A stretch of DNA of 64,000 bases, taken from the IMG/VR virus record IMGVR_UViG_3300036546_000248. One strand, 5' to 3'. Below the pieces are notes generated by a model that made no database searches, was not told the DNA's origin, and saw only the letters and a list, made by a program, of their open reading frames with translations. Positions 35,905-45,728 of the stretch are shown one piece after another. The translations under genes and the position numbers were made by a program. The DNA comes from a virus (taxonomy: Duplodnaviria > Caudoviricetes). How positions within the stretch are numbered: the stretch's first letter is position 1; each line of letters opens with the position of its first letter.

Positions 35905-38814
35905 ATGCCACTGTCCATTGAAGAGATGAAGGCCCAGATCGACTTGGTTCGATTCAATCCTTCAGCCATCTGCCAAGTGGCACTGGATGTGTTGGAAGAA
36001 GTCAATACAGGTACTCGCCTGATTGTTGATCCCTCCAACCCGTTCATGTTCCTCTTGGAAGCCAGTGCGGTCAACGCATCAGCTGCGATGTCTTGCTTTG
36101 CCGATTACAGCCGTAAACAATACGGGGTGATGGCACAAGATGAAGACGAAATCTACATGCACATGTCGGACAAGGATTTCTTGGGTCGCTTTGGTAATCC
36201 GTCGTCCACTACCATGGTGATGCTGCTGAGCCTTGAAGAAGTAAAAGCCAAGGCTATTCAGACCGAATTGACCAACACCCGGAAGTTGGTGATTCCTCGC
36301 CACACCACGTTCACGGTTGCCGGTTACAGCTTCATGATGCAATACCCGATCGAGCTACGGGTGATGAGCCACGGTGGCTTGAACGTGTTGCACGATGTCA
36401 GCCGCAAGTCACCGTTCATGAGTCTGGAAACAAATGTGGTGGAACATGAGATCGTCAACATCGACGGCACTGTGTTCATTTGCATTCAGATCCCGGTGTT
36501 GCAACTGAGTTCTGATATCTACTACCCCAAAGTGTCTATGGGTACTTTGACGGAAGCCACGTATACCTTCTCCGGCCAGTTCCATTTTGCTAGGGTTTAT
36601 CGGTCGTTGGAGAACGGTGAGTGGGAGGAGATGCAAACCACCCACAGCGCCCAGGTCTTTGATGTCAACACCCCTACAGCTGTTCTGAAGGTGTACGAGC
36701 AATCGGTTCGTGTGAGCATCCCTCTTGTGTACCAAGCCAACGGGATGGTCACTCGTGAGCTGCGGGTTGAGATCTACAGCACCAATGGCGAGATCAACCT
36801 GATCCTCAACAACTACCCACCGAATGCCTACAACGCGATGTGGTTGGACTACGACAATGACGACGATGGTCGTTACGTGGCGCCGCTGAAGACTTTCAAC
36901 GCCATCTCGGTGTATTCGGAAGCGACAGTAGCGGGCGGTACCAACAGCATGTCCTTTGATCAAGTGCGGGAACGTCTGATCAGTACGGCTTTGCGTGAAC
37001 AACAACTGCCAATCACCAGTGTTCAGTTGGGCGCGACCTTGGAAAACGCCGGTTTCAGCGCCGTGGTCAATACTGACTACGTCACTCAACGCCAGATCTT
37101 GGCTACACGTACACTCCCCACCCCTGAGGACCTCAGTGTCTATACAGGAATGGCTTCCACTATGGGGATGCTTCAGTGTACGGCCGATGAGATTCGTAAT
37201 CTCCACGGTGTGTATGACAACAACAAACGGCTGACCCTGACACCTAAGGTGTTGTACCGTAACACCGATTCGTTGTTGACCATCATGCCGGAAGCGACCG
37301 TCCAAGGACTCGAAGCGCTGCGTGTTACTGATCTGTTCACCCAAGAAGTCAGTGGAAAGAACTACCTCTGGTCGCCGTTCTACTACGTCTGGGGTTTGGC
37401 CGGTGATTACTTTGATGTACGGGCTTATCACTTGGATAGTCCAGACATCACGTCCAAAGCGTTTGTGGAGGAGAATCCGACGCTTGGGTTGGTGGTTGCA
37501 ACCGACTCATACGCCATTGAAAAAGTGGCTGCGGGCTACCGTGTGGTGGTGACAACTCGTTCAGGTCCTGTTTATAAAGAGCTGGATCTGGAACAACGTC
37601 ACGTGGTCTTGAGTTTTGAGGCACCGAATGAAAACGGCCGAGCATCGTTGGCCGGGACGCTGTTGTACGTAAACGAGGAAACCAGTGAAGCTGCGTATGA
37701 GTTCTTGGTGGAAACGCAGTACGATCTGGATGAAGAGCATCACCTGATCGTAACGAACTTCACTATCTTCGGACAAGTCCAGCCTTGCGGTATTCGTCTC
37801 AAGGACAAGTTCACGCTGGTCTATGGGGTGAGTAACTACCAAACGCAAGACATGCAGTTCACTGACATGGATAAGTTGACGGACACCACCTTGGTACCGG
37901 CCAGTCACTATGCGATTATCCAAGAAGAACTCAATTTTGTTTTGGGTTATTCGCTGGACCGTTTGTGGACCAATGGTCGTAGTGTGGTAGGTAGTGAAGG
38001 CTATCTGACATACGAGACTGATGTACCGGCCTTGTACGAAGCCACGCAATATCGCCGTGATCCTGTCACCGGCAGTTACGTCATTCGCATGGTAGATGGT
38101 CAACCGGATTTCGAGATCCTCCACAATATCGGAGACCCGGTGTTGGTCAATGGCGAGCCTCAGTACGCACACCGTAAAGGTGATTTGGTGTTGGACAGCA
38201 ATGGGCAACCCATTGTAGCCAGTCCGCGTAAAGTGGTACGTCAGGTGGATCTGTTCCTGGTGGATGGTCTTTACTACTTTGCCGACGATGAAACCACGTT
38301 GACCTATACCCGCTCCATTCCGAATACGGTGGTTGGGTGGTTGGAAAACGATATCACCATGGCATCGAAGAAGATGCTGGAACTGACCGACCTGTACTTC
38401 TATCCACAACGAACCACAGGTTATGTGGATGCGCTGGTCTTGGAAGGCTTTGAGATTCGCTTGGAGGTTGAGCAGGCGCTTCACATTGAGCTGTACATGA
38501 CCAAGAGTGGGTATGAAGATCTTCCGTTGCGAGCCTCTATCGAAACCAGTATCTTGGAGATTCTGGCCGATGAGTTCAAACGGGATACGGTTCGTTGCAT
38601 CGACATCGAAAACCGAATCATTGCGTCTGCTAAAGACCAAGTGATTACGGCGATGGTGTCAGGGTTGGGTGGCTCCAGTAACTACCGAGTGGTAACGCTG
38701 GTCGATCAGTCTGCACGCTTTGGCATTCGCAAAAAGCTGCAGGCCTTGGCCGACGGTACCTACTCGGTGGTGGACGATGTCACCATCAGCTTCCTGCGAC
38801 ACACCAACGCATAA
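35905..38814 (+). CDS. Large baseplate/virion structural protein (gp87-like by synteny)
   Basis: 969-aa ORF, NPF.FLLE N-terminus, GG...M.F..VRER segment. Confidence 0.7.
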   Translation: MPLSIEEMKAQIDLVRFNPSAICQVALDVLEEVNTGTRLIVDPSNPFMFLLEASAVNASAAMSCFADYSRKQYGVMAQDEDEIYMHMSDKDFLGRFGNPSSTTMVMLLSLEEVKAKAIQTELTNTRKLVIPRHTTFTVAGYSFMMQYPIELRVMSHGGLNVLHDVSRKSPFMSLETNVVEHEIVNIDGTVFICIQIPVLQLSSDIYYPKVSMGTLTEATYTFSGQFHFARVYRSLENGEWEEMQTTHSAQVFDVNTPTAVLKVYEQSVRVSIPLVYQANGMVTRELRVEIYSTNGEINLILNNYPPNAYNAMWLDYDNDDDGRYVAPLKTFNAISVYSEATVAGGTNSMSFDQVRERLISTALREQQLPITSVQLGATLENAGFSAVVNTDYVTQRQILATRTLPTPEDLSVYTGMASTMGMLQCTADEIRNLHGVYDNNKRLTLTPKVLYRNTDSLLTIMPEATVQGLEALRVTDLFTQEVSGKNYLWSPFYYVWGLAGDYFDVRAYHLDSPDITSKAFVEENPTLGLVVATDSYAIEKVAAGYRVVVTTRSGPVYKELDLEQRHVVLSFEAPNENGRASLAGTLLYVNEETSEAAYEFLVETQYDLDEEHHLIVTNFTIFGQVQPCGIRLKDKFTLVYGVSNYQTQDMQFTDMDKLTDTTLVPASHYAIIQEELNFVLGYSLDRLWTNGRSVVGSEGYLTYETDVPALYEATQYRRDPVTGSYVIRMVDGQPDFEILHNIGDPVLVNGEPQYAHRKGDLVLDSNGQPIVASPRKVVRQVDLFLVDGLYYFADDETTLTYTRSIPNTVVGWLENDITMASKKMLELTDLYFYPQRTTGYVDALVLEGFEIRLEVEQALHIELYMTKSGYEDLPLRASIETSILEILADEFKRDTVRCIDIENRIIASAKDQVITAMVSGLGGSSNYRVVTLVDQSARFGIRKKLQALADGTYSVVDDVTISFLRHTNA

Positions 38815-38860
38815 AAGGCGGCATACAGGGAGGCCGAAGCCTCCCTGTACTTTTATGCCG
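38808..38860. terminator. Bidirectional terminator
   Basis: CGGCA-TACAGGGAGGC-CGAA-GCCTCCCTGTA-CTTTTATGCCG. Confidence 0.85.
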
Positions 38861-38865
38861 CGTGA

Positions 38866-40038
38866 TTACAGCTTGATCTTGGAGGCATGTTCCAGCGCTT
38901 TCTTCACTTCTGCGTCGTCGTCTTGGACTGCCAAGGCGGCTACCCGCTTAAGTTTAGTAGCAGCGTACTTTTCCATACTCATCCAGAACTGGCGCGAACC
39001 AGACGAAGCCATACTGCACATCCGGGTGAAAGTCATCAATTGTTGCAGACCACTACGCAACGAATAAGACACTTTGTTGATCGCTGCACGGTGATCAGCA
39101 TCAAGGTCTTTGTTCTTTGAGACTTTCTGCTCGATCTTCTCGACCCGTTTTTCAAGAGTCGCTGTTTCATGGAAACCGCGTCCGTAGACTTTCGAGTCGC
39201 TACCGGTGTGGCCTTTATTACGTTGGAACACTTCTTCCAAATCGTGACGGAACTCGACCTTGATGTCGCGCATCGAGGTGAGACCTTCCATGATTTCAGA
39301 CATGGCACTACTGGCTGTTTCCGAGGAGAACTTGGTGATGTGACTCAATGCTTGAGGCAAGCTCAGGTCCTTGGGGTCAACCAGTTGGCTCTGTTCCACC
39401 GAAACATCTTTGGCATCCACCAACTTTTCCAGTAGGTCGACCGAGGACTTGACTTTCTCGAAGAGACCACTGGCCACCTTGTGAGCATCGGCGATGACGT
39501 GAGCCACTTTACCGTTGGTGATGATCTCTTTGAGGAAGGGGTTGAAGTAACCACTGATCTGCTGCTGATACTGTTCGTTCAGCTGCTTAGTGATTTCATC
39601 AACCTTGGCCTTGGCCTCACTGTTCATGTTAGCCACGATCCGGTCACAGACCTTGAGGCAGCGTTCGGTGGATTCGACATGACCATCGAGTTTCTTGATG
39701 GTGAATTCGATCTTCTCACGCGACTTCTTGATGTATTGGAAGATCTTGAGGGCCAATACAGCCACAGCGGCCACAGCACCTGCAATCACAAGGGCGGTCT
39801 TGAGATCAATAGATTCCAACGTCACCTTAAGGTTAGTCTGGGTGGGAGTTTGGCTGTAGTAAGCGTAGTTGGTCTCTTCCGGCAGCAGGTGAGAAGCTTT
39901 CTCGGCCATCGCACGCGATACACCGCCAGCTTCCTGAACCCCGTTCAAAAAGCCATCGATGTCCAAGGTGATGGCTTCAAGGGCGGCGAGCTGTTCTTCT
40001 TCAGTCCCGAGATCTGGAATTTCCAGTTCTTCATTCAT
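38866..40038 (-). CDS. Head/ejection protein (gp86-like by synteny)
   Basis: Acidic propeptide, ALE/TLE cleavage-like motifs, GGVSRAMA. Confidence 0.6.
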   Translation of the reverse strand: MNEELEIPDLGTEEEQLAALEAITLDIDGFLNGVQEAGGVSRAMAEKASHLLPEETNYAYYSQTPTQTNLKVTLESIDLKTALVIAGAVAAVAVLALKIFQYIKKSREKIEFTIKKLDGHVESTERCLKVCDRIVANMNSEAKAKVDEITKQLNEQYQQQISGYFNPFLKEIITNGKVAHVIADAHKVASGLFEKVKSSVDLLEKLVDAKDVSVEQSQLVDPKDLSLPQALSHITKFSSETASSAMSEIMEGLTSMRDIKVEFRHDLEEVFQRNKGHTGSDSKVYGRGFHETATLEKRVEKIEQKVSKNKDLDADHRAAINKVSYSLRSGLQQLMTFTRMCSMASSGSRQFWMSMEKYAATKLKRVAALAVQDDDAEVKKALEHASKIKL

Positions 40039-40044
40039 GACCGA

Positions 40045-40479
40045 TTACTCCGCTGCGACGATGAAATGTGCACCGTCAAGCAAAGCCGGACAGGCCTTGA
40101 GGAACTCCACCGTCTTGTTGTCGACTTCGCTGATACCACCACAGATGGCGAGGCTCAGAAGCTTCTGACCCAGCGGGTGAGTCGGTTCATGAACCAGCAG
40201 GTAGCGGGTGTACCAGACCCGGAAGATCAGGTCTTCTGCCGTGTCGATGTCCAGCGGCAGCGCTTCGTTCAGTTCGTTGAGCTTGTCGTACACAGCCGTC
40301 TTGACGGAGGTGCGGTAGTAGCTGCGAGCGTTGTCAACACGAGCCGACGGCAGAACCAGATCACGACCGACTACGCTGGCGGCGAGAATGGCGGTAGCAC
40401 GCGGACGATCATACAGACCGACGTTGCAGCTGTTCAGGTGGTTGGTGATTTCTTGGGTGAGTTGGCGCAGGTTATCCAT
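40045..40479 (-). CDS. Conserved virion-associated protein (gp85-like by synteny)
   Basis: Packed ORF with strong codon bias. Confidence 0.6.
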   Translation of the reverse strand: MDNLRQLTQEITNHLNSCNVGLYDRPRATAILAASVVGRDLVLPSARVDNARSYYRTSVKTAVYDKLNELNEALPLDIDTAEDLIFRVWYTRYLLVHEPTHPLGQKLLSLAICGGISEVDNKTVEFLKACPALLDGAHFIVAAE

Positions 40480-40493
40480 GGGGGAGTCTCGCT

Positions 40494-41756
40494 TTAAGAA
40501 AGTTGTTTGAGGCGCTCGTGGGCTAGGAACAGATCGTTATTGACCAGTTTCTCCAACTCCACTTGGAACTTGAGCTGTTGGTACTGTTGACGACCCGATG
40601 GCAGAACCGAGGTGTAGAACATCTCGATCAATCCACGTTTGTCATCCACTTGTTTGAGCAGTTGATCCACCGCTTTGATGTCCAGCAGTGTTTCAGCCTT
40701 ACGCTCAGCCGACATCTTTTCCGATTTGATGGCTGTCATCATCTCATTACGGATGCGGCGCAGACGCGCCTCAGGCGGATCGTAGGTTTTCTCAGCCGGG
40801 TTGATGAACAGGATCAGGAGGAACAGGCCGAAGGTCAACGCCGAGAAGAAAAAGAACAGTGCCACGTTGAACACCGTCGCAATCACGTGTCCGGCGGTGG
40901 TGCGATACGAACTACCGCCACCATAGGAGCGCATGATCTTGTCCAAACCGGTTGCCAGAGCCCGTCCTGCGCCCATACGGACAGCAAACTGATCAGCCAA
41001 GGCCTCGGTAGCGGTGAGGTCATAAATCGGCGTGCCGAGCGAGCTGCGCGTATTCAGGATCTTCTTACGGACGAACACTGTCTGGAAGACCTCTTTGTCC
41101 GTACATTCCACCAACGACTCAACGTCATCGATTTCCACGTCCAGTGCTTTACAGGTTTCGTGGACCAGACGCACTTTACGAACCTTGTCGTCAGCCTTGA
41201 AGAACTGTTGGGTGGCGGCGTGCAGTACGATGTTCGTGGTCAGCACGTGACCCAGGAACTCGTAGTAGGTGAAAAGGTGACCCAGTTCGTGCAACATCAC
41301 CGCTGCGATTTCTTCGCAACTTACGAGCTTGCTTTCAAACATCCCACGCAGCACAACAGCTTTGTGTTGTACTTGGGAGAATGCACCGCCTAAGCGACCA
41401 TGAGCCAGGTCAACCCAACCGACCACCTGATCCAGCTTCTTATTCTTGATCAGACCATCGAAATCGTCTGTGCCCAAGTATGGCTTGAAGTAGTTGTACA
41501 CCAGTGGATTGTTTTTATCCACAGTTGGGATATGAACGTAGGCATTGAGATCCGATGAGTCTTCAACTTCGAAGCTCACCTTCACTCCGGTGCGATTGAA
41601 GATGATGGCAGGGATGTCAATGGCTTTGAGGGCCTTGCCTTTGTAGGCCTTCTCTTCGCGGATGCGTTGGAAAGCCAGTGTCAGCTCTTTAAAGAGCAGA
41701 TCGGATTGGACCTGGATGGCCTCCAGTCCGAGATTGAGTTTTCGTGGGGTAAGCAT
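40494..41756 (-). CDS. Virion protein with zinc-metallopeptidase motif (gp84-like), 420 aa
   Basis: HELGH and EALAD motifs; true start MLTPRK at 41756 with GGAG; GLE cleavage-like motif. Confidence 0.75.
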   Translation of the reverse strand: MLTPRKLNLGLEAIQVQSDLLFKELTLAFQRIREEKAYKGKALKAIDIPAIIFNRTGVKVSFEVEDSSDLNAYVHIPTVDKNNPLVYNYFKPYLGTDDFDGLIKNKKLDQVVGWVDLAHGRLGGAFSQVQHKAVVLRGMFESKLVSCEEIAAVMLHELGHLFTYYEFLGHVLTTNIVLHAATQQFFKADDKVRKVRLVHETCKALDVEIDDVESLVECTDKEVFQTVFVRKKILNTRSSLGTPIYDLTATEALADQFAVRMGAGRALATGLDKIMRSYGGGSSYRTTAGHVIATVFNVALFFFFSALTFGLFLLILFINPAEKTYDPPEARLRRIRNEMMTAIKSEKMSAERKAETLLDIKAVDQLLKQVDDKRGLIEMFYTSVLPSGRQQYQQLKFQVELEKLVNNDLFLAHERLKQLS

Positions 41757-41819
41757 GTCAGCTCCGAAACCAGAAGAGGGCCTAAAGAAAAGATCACTCA
41801 TACTGATAACGGAGAGGGG

Positions 41820-41985
41820 GGGCATAAGAACCCAACCCCAGCCCCTAAGGGCCGGAGTGGGCAGGAGGAAACGGGAAAGCCATCCGACAACCAATCCCCT
41901 GAGAGCCATAGGCTGGGGGAGTCCGTAGGTGCCAAGGGATTGCTGGATCAACTTCCCCAGAGCGATGTTGGGCCAAACACCTCTC
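41820..41985 (-). ncRNA. Candidate structured small RNA (about 165 nt)
   Basis: Bracketed by AGTATG and a terminator ending TTATGCC; long stems whose G-U pairs favour the minus strand. Confidence 0.45.
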
Positions 41986-42080
41986 ATACTAAGGTTAGAA
42001 AAGTAGTTAATTACTGACCCTGTTAAAAAACACCACCTGTCCTGATAATATGTCTTAAGGGCCTGATTGGAGTACCAACG

Positions 42081-44132
42081 ATGTCGCTGCCCGTACCTAG
42101 CGAGAATATTAAAGGCATTGAATGTAAACACGCGGTTTACACACTGCCGAATGACGATGGTGATGGGGATGCCCTGATCGTCAAAGAAGTCATTCACACC
42201 AAAGACGGTCAATTGATCCCGAACCTCAAGATCATCGAAAACTACAAGCGCGATTTTTTCTATGCGCGTGAAGGTCAACGTAACTATACAGAAAAGAAGA
42301 CTCAAGAAAAAATTAATAACCTGCAACGTTACACCTGCACCCAACGTAACCTGCTCAGACAGATTGCGCGGGCTAAAGGGGTGGGTACTTTGCGTGGGGG
42401 TTTGCGTCAGATTGCACGCGACCCTTATTTGTACGGGTGTGACATCACCACACCCACGCTCCTTAAACGTGAATACCAACTGCGTTCTCCAGATTGCTTG
42501 TCCCCCAATGGCGTAGCGGTATTCGACATCGAGACGGATGTTGTCCACGGTACTGAACAACCCATCCTGATGGCCTTGACGTTTAAGGACAAAGTCTACC
42601 TGGCTGCGACCAAGTTCTTTGTAGGTCAAGACGTTCGCTTCTTGGAAAAGCTTAACAAAGCCATTGAAAAGTACTTGGAGAAGTACACTAAAGAGCGCAA
42701 CATTACCTACGAACTGGAGATCGTTGAGACACCCGGTGAAGGCATTCGGCGTTGCTTTGCCAAAGCCCACGAATGGAAACCTGAATTCGTCACCATCTGG
42801 AACATCGACTTCGATATCCCCAAATGCGTCAAGCAATTGGAAGCTGAAGGAATTGATCCAGCTCAAGTTTTCAGCGATCCATCGGTTCCCGAGCGCTATA
42901 AGTTCTTCCGCTACAAGCAGGGCAACGCTACTAAGAAAACCGCTTCGGGTCGAATCGATTCGATTCACCCAGCCGAACGGTGGCACGTAGCCGAATGTCC
43001 AGCGACGTTCTTTCTGATCGACAGCATGTGTGTGTACAAGCGTATTCGAATGGCTAAGCAAAACCTGCCTTCGTACAGCTTGGACTACGTAATGAAGGAG
43101 GAGTTGTCGGGGCTTGGTAAGCTTAAGTTCGAAGAGGCCGACGAATATGCAGGGTTGGCATGGCACGTGTTCATGCAGACCTATTACAAAGTCGAATATG
43201 CGGTCTACAACATCTTCGACTGTATCGGTGTAGAACTGTTGGATGAGAAGACCAAAGACTTGCAGCTGGTTATCAGTACCCAGTCGCGGGCTTCGGAATA
43301 CACCATCTACAATTCGCAACCTCGTCGTTTGGTGGATGACTTCTATTTCTTCTGTCGTGACCGAGGCTATATCCTAGGTTCGTGTAGCAACGAAATGGTC
43401 CATGAATTGGACGCTTACGTTGTTGGCATGAATGGACACATCGTGACCTTACCCTCTCACCAGACAGTGGATAACGGCGTCCGCGCTATTAAAGAACTGC
43501 CTGATGTAAGGACCTACATTCGTCGTCACGTAGCCGACTTGGATTAATTAAAAGTCCCTTCAGACTGGAAGGTCTGAATGTAAACTCTTCTAATTGCTGG
43601 AAACCCCTGAGAGCTGTTCCACCACTGCGAGGCGAAAGCCAAAGCCACGGTTTGAAAACGGAACGGATTGGGCAACCGTGGGTCCTAAGGACCCCTTTAG
43701 CAGCCAAGCTCCTCTATGCGAAAGCAGTGGAGAAGGTTCAACGACTATCCCGCAAGGGAGTAGGGACAAGCGTCCCGAAACGGAGAGCACCCGACCCACC
43801 GTATGGTGAAGGGTGATGATATAGTCTCGGCATGTGGGGAAAGCCCACAGCAGTGCTTGATCGCACGGGGTAAAGTGTTGCGACTTAACCCGAAGATACC
43901 GATTGTCAGCACGTACCCGAACGTTCAGGTGATCCTGAATATCTCGCGTGAGACCACGCTTTACGAACTGTACAAGATCAAAGGGTGTAATGAATACCAA
44001 ATGAGAATGGCTGGGTATAACCTGACAGGCGGTCACGTGAATGCGGTAGAAATTGCAGTCGACATCATGAAAGCCCCGAGCTTTGATCGGATGCTGGCAG
44101 AGTTCCTTATGGACCATCCAGACGCAGCATAA
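42081..44132 (+). CDS. Divergent family-B DNA polymerase-like protein (DEDD exonuclease plus motif A), spliced join(42081..43544,43902..44132), 564 aa; phiKZ gp82-like
   Basis: VFDIETD, WNIDFD and YNIFD exonuclease motifs; splicing restores VADLD/IVSTYP (DxxSxYP). Confidence 0.8.
43545..43901 (+). mobile_element. Group I self-splicing intron, 357 nt, no ORF
   Basis: P AATTGCTGGAAA (43592), Q TAGCAGCCAAG (43698), R GTTCAACGACTAT (43736), S GATATAGTCT (43818); P7 GACUAU/AUAGUC; P1 GGAU/GUCC with U-G at the 5' splice site; terminal G at 43901. Confidence 0.92.
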
Positions 44133-44179
44133 AAGGGTTGTACGCTAGGCTCCCTAGGGAGCCTAGTGCTTTTATGCCG
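44125..44179. terminator. Bidirectional terminator
   Basis: CTAGGCTCCC/GGGAGCCTAG stem flanked by CAGCATAAAA and TTTTATGCCG. Confidence 0.8.
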
Positions 44180-44635
44180 CTACTTCCCACACCAGTCGTA
44201 CTTGGTACCGCCGTCATAGGCGACAGCATGTCCACGTTCAACCATGGCGGTTCCTACATTGATGTCGTCTATGTAGACATCAGCCAAAAGACGGAAATAC
44301 TTATCTCGGGCAAGGTTATGGAGTTCGATCTTCTGACCGCCTCTCAGTGCCCCTAATAGAAAATCTTTAGCCAAACCTGCTTTGTGACGCTCCGCTGCTC
44401 GCAGGACGTCGGTACTGCAACTGCTGCGAATCTCCGGGGTGTCTATCCCGTTGATCCTGACAGGTAACTCATGACCAAAGACATCCAACATCCCAGGCAG
44501 TTGTACCTTAAAGGTATCGCCATCATAGACTTCGACTACATTAGCCGAAGGCATGCGGATCATGTCAGTGGCCCACAGTGGACTCGGGAGCAATAGCGCA
44601 CACAAGAAAACTACCCGGATTAAAAGAGAACGCAT
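44180..44635 (-). CDS. Thermonuclease (SNase-like) with N-terminal signal peptide
   Basis: YDGDTF, VRINGIDTPE, DKYFRLLA; hydrophobic leader MRSLLIRVVFLCALLLPSPLWA. Confidence 0.88.
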   Translation of the reverse strand: MRSLLIRVVFLCALLLPSPLWATDMIRMPSANVVEVYDGDTFKVQLPGMLDVFGHELPVRINGIDTPEIRSSCSTDVLRAAERHKAGLAKDFLLGALRGGQKIELHNLARDKYFRLLADVYIDDINVGTAMVERGHAVAYDGGTKYDWCGK

Positions 44636-44735
44636 ACCCCACCTCACCAAAAAAAAAAAGAAACAGTTAAGCCTTCGACACCCAGCCACAGAAGTGACTG
44701 GGCGCCTTGGGTCATACCATTTCTGGGGGGGGGGG
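44636..44735 (-). promoter_or_regulatory. C11 tract, TATG, hairpin and U-rich tract upstream of the nuclease
   Basis: G11 at 44725-44735; GGTATG at 44713-44718; CCCAGTCAC/GTGGCTGGG stem; T-tract before the RBS. Confidence 0.45.
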
Positions 44736-44754
44736 AGGTTAAGTCCTTCTAAAA

Positions 44755-44790
44755 CAGCATAAAAAAAGAAATGGGGTCCGAAGACCCCTT
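44755..44790 (-). terminator. Terminator of the early unit
   Basis: GGGGTC-TTCG-GACCCC followed by TTTCTTTTTTTATGCTG. Confidence 0.8.
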
Positions 44791-44794
44791 TAAT

Positions 44795-45112
44795 TCAAAC
44801 GGCGACCGCTGGGGTGCGTGGGTGGTAACTGGCCATGACCTTGAGGCCTCGCTCTTCTAAGTACGAAGAGTAGTCCGCCTCAGACCCTTGCTCTTTACAC
44901 AACCCAATAAAGTTAAGGAGTTTATAGGTCCCGGTCGAATCGTCCACCGTATAAAACCCAACTTCACCTTGCAGGTCTTCCATGGGGTCTACCACCACCA
45001 CGTGGTATTCACCATCCACTGAACGTACAATGTAAGCGCTGATCACACTCACTTCTTCAAGCCTTGCAGACGTAACGTCCTGCAAGGTATGCAAGGCCTT
45101 GGTGCCATTCAT
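44795..45112 (-). CDS. Hypothetical early protein
   Basis: RBS GGAG; followed by a terminator. Confidence 0.65.
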   Translation of the reverse strand: MNGTKALHTLQDVTSARLEEVSVISAYIVRSVDGEYHVVVVDPMEDLQGEVGFYTVDDSTGTYKLLNFIGLCKEQGSEADYSSYLEERGLKVMASYHPRTPAVAV

Positions 45113-45148
45113 TTACGTGTTCTCCCTAGAACTTGAATGAGCAGTCGT

Positions 45149-45406
45149 TCAGTAGATCCGACACAGAGGACGTGTGGAGCTAGCGTCGACACCCACAGTG
45201 ATGCACTTGGGTTCTTCGATAGCCGCTACATCTACATCAAAGTACGATTCAGTGGCCCAGGTAAACAAGAAGCCTACCACAAACAGGATCGACAGGTAGA
45301 TAATCCATCGACCTTGGCGACGCAGTTGGATCTGTTCACTGGGTGTGAGTGGTCGATGATGTACGTTCGAGGTGGCGAGAATCGTACTGGAAATGTTTTT
45401 GTGCAT
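45149..45406 (-). CDS. Small membrane protein
   Basis: One transmembrane helix, WIIYLSILFVVGFLFTWA. Confidence 0.55.
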   Translation of the reverse strand: MHKNISSTILATSNVHHRPLTPSEQIQLRRQGRWIIYLSILFVVGFLFTWATESYFDVDVAAIEEPKCITVGVDASSTRPLCRIY

Positions 45407-45728
45407 CTTCTTCTCCGAGTCCTAATTCCTGAAAGGCGTGCTTGATTTTCCGTCTAACCCAATAGGCAGAAGGAACCTTACCTCCATTCAACCGCTTGTG
45501 CGTATACTGCAAGTTACGCGCCATGAACAGGTAGTGGTACGGAATGTACCAGTACACAGGTCCGCTACCCCGACGAACGTGGATACTCTGAAACAACTTC
45601 TCGTTTTCGGGGGTGATGTTCCCAAGGTGGTATTGACGGATCTGCTCACGCTCTTCTTCATTCAGCGGTTCGTTGTTATGAAACAAGTAGCTGGTAGGTT
45701 CTTCGTGCTGGGGTTTGTGAGCGTTCAT
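45336..45728 (-). CDS. Hypothetical protein with P.A.WVRRK motif
   Basis: ATGA coupling; motif shared with 46988..47416. Confidence 0.6.
   Translation of the reverse strand: MNAHKPQHEEPTSYLFHNNEPLNEEEREQIRQYHLGNITPENEKLFQSIHVRRGSGPVYWYIPYHYLFMARNLQYTHKRLNGGKVPSAYWVRRKIKHAFQELGLGEEDAQKHFQYDSRHLERTSSTTHTQ

Noticed and set aside
40494-43319. 941-aa minus-strand ORF in the track
   Set aside because: The portion above 41756 is the antisense shadow of the polymerase-like gene plus intergenic DNA. The real gene starts at 41756 with an RBS.
43803-43901. N-terminus of the track ORF 43803..44132
   Set aside because: It lies inside the group I intron. Only 43902 onward is exon.
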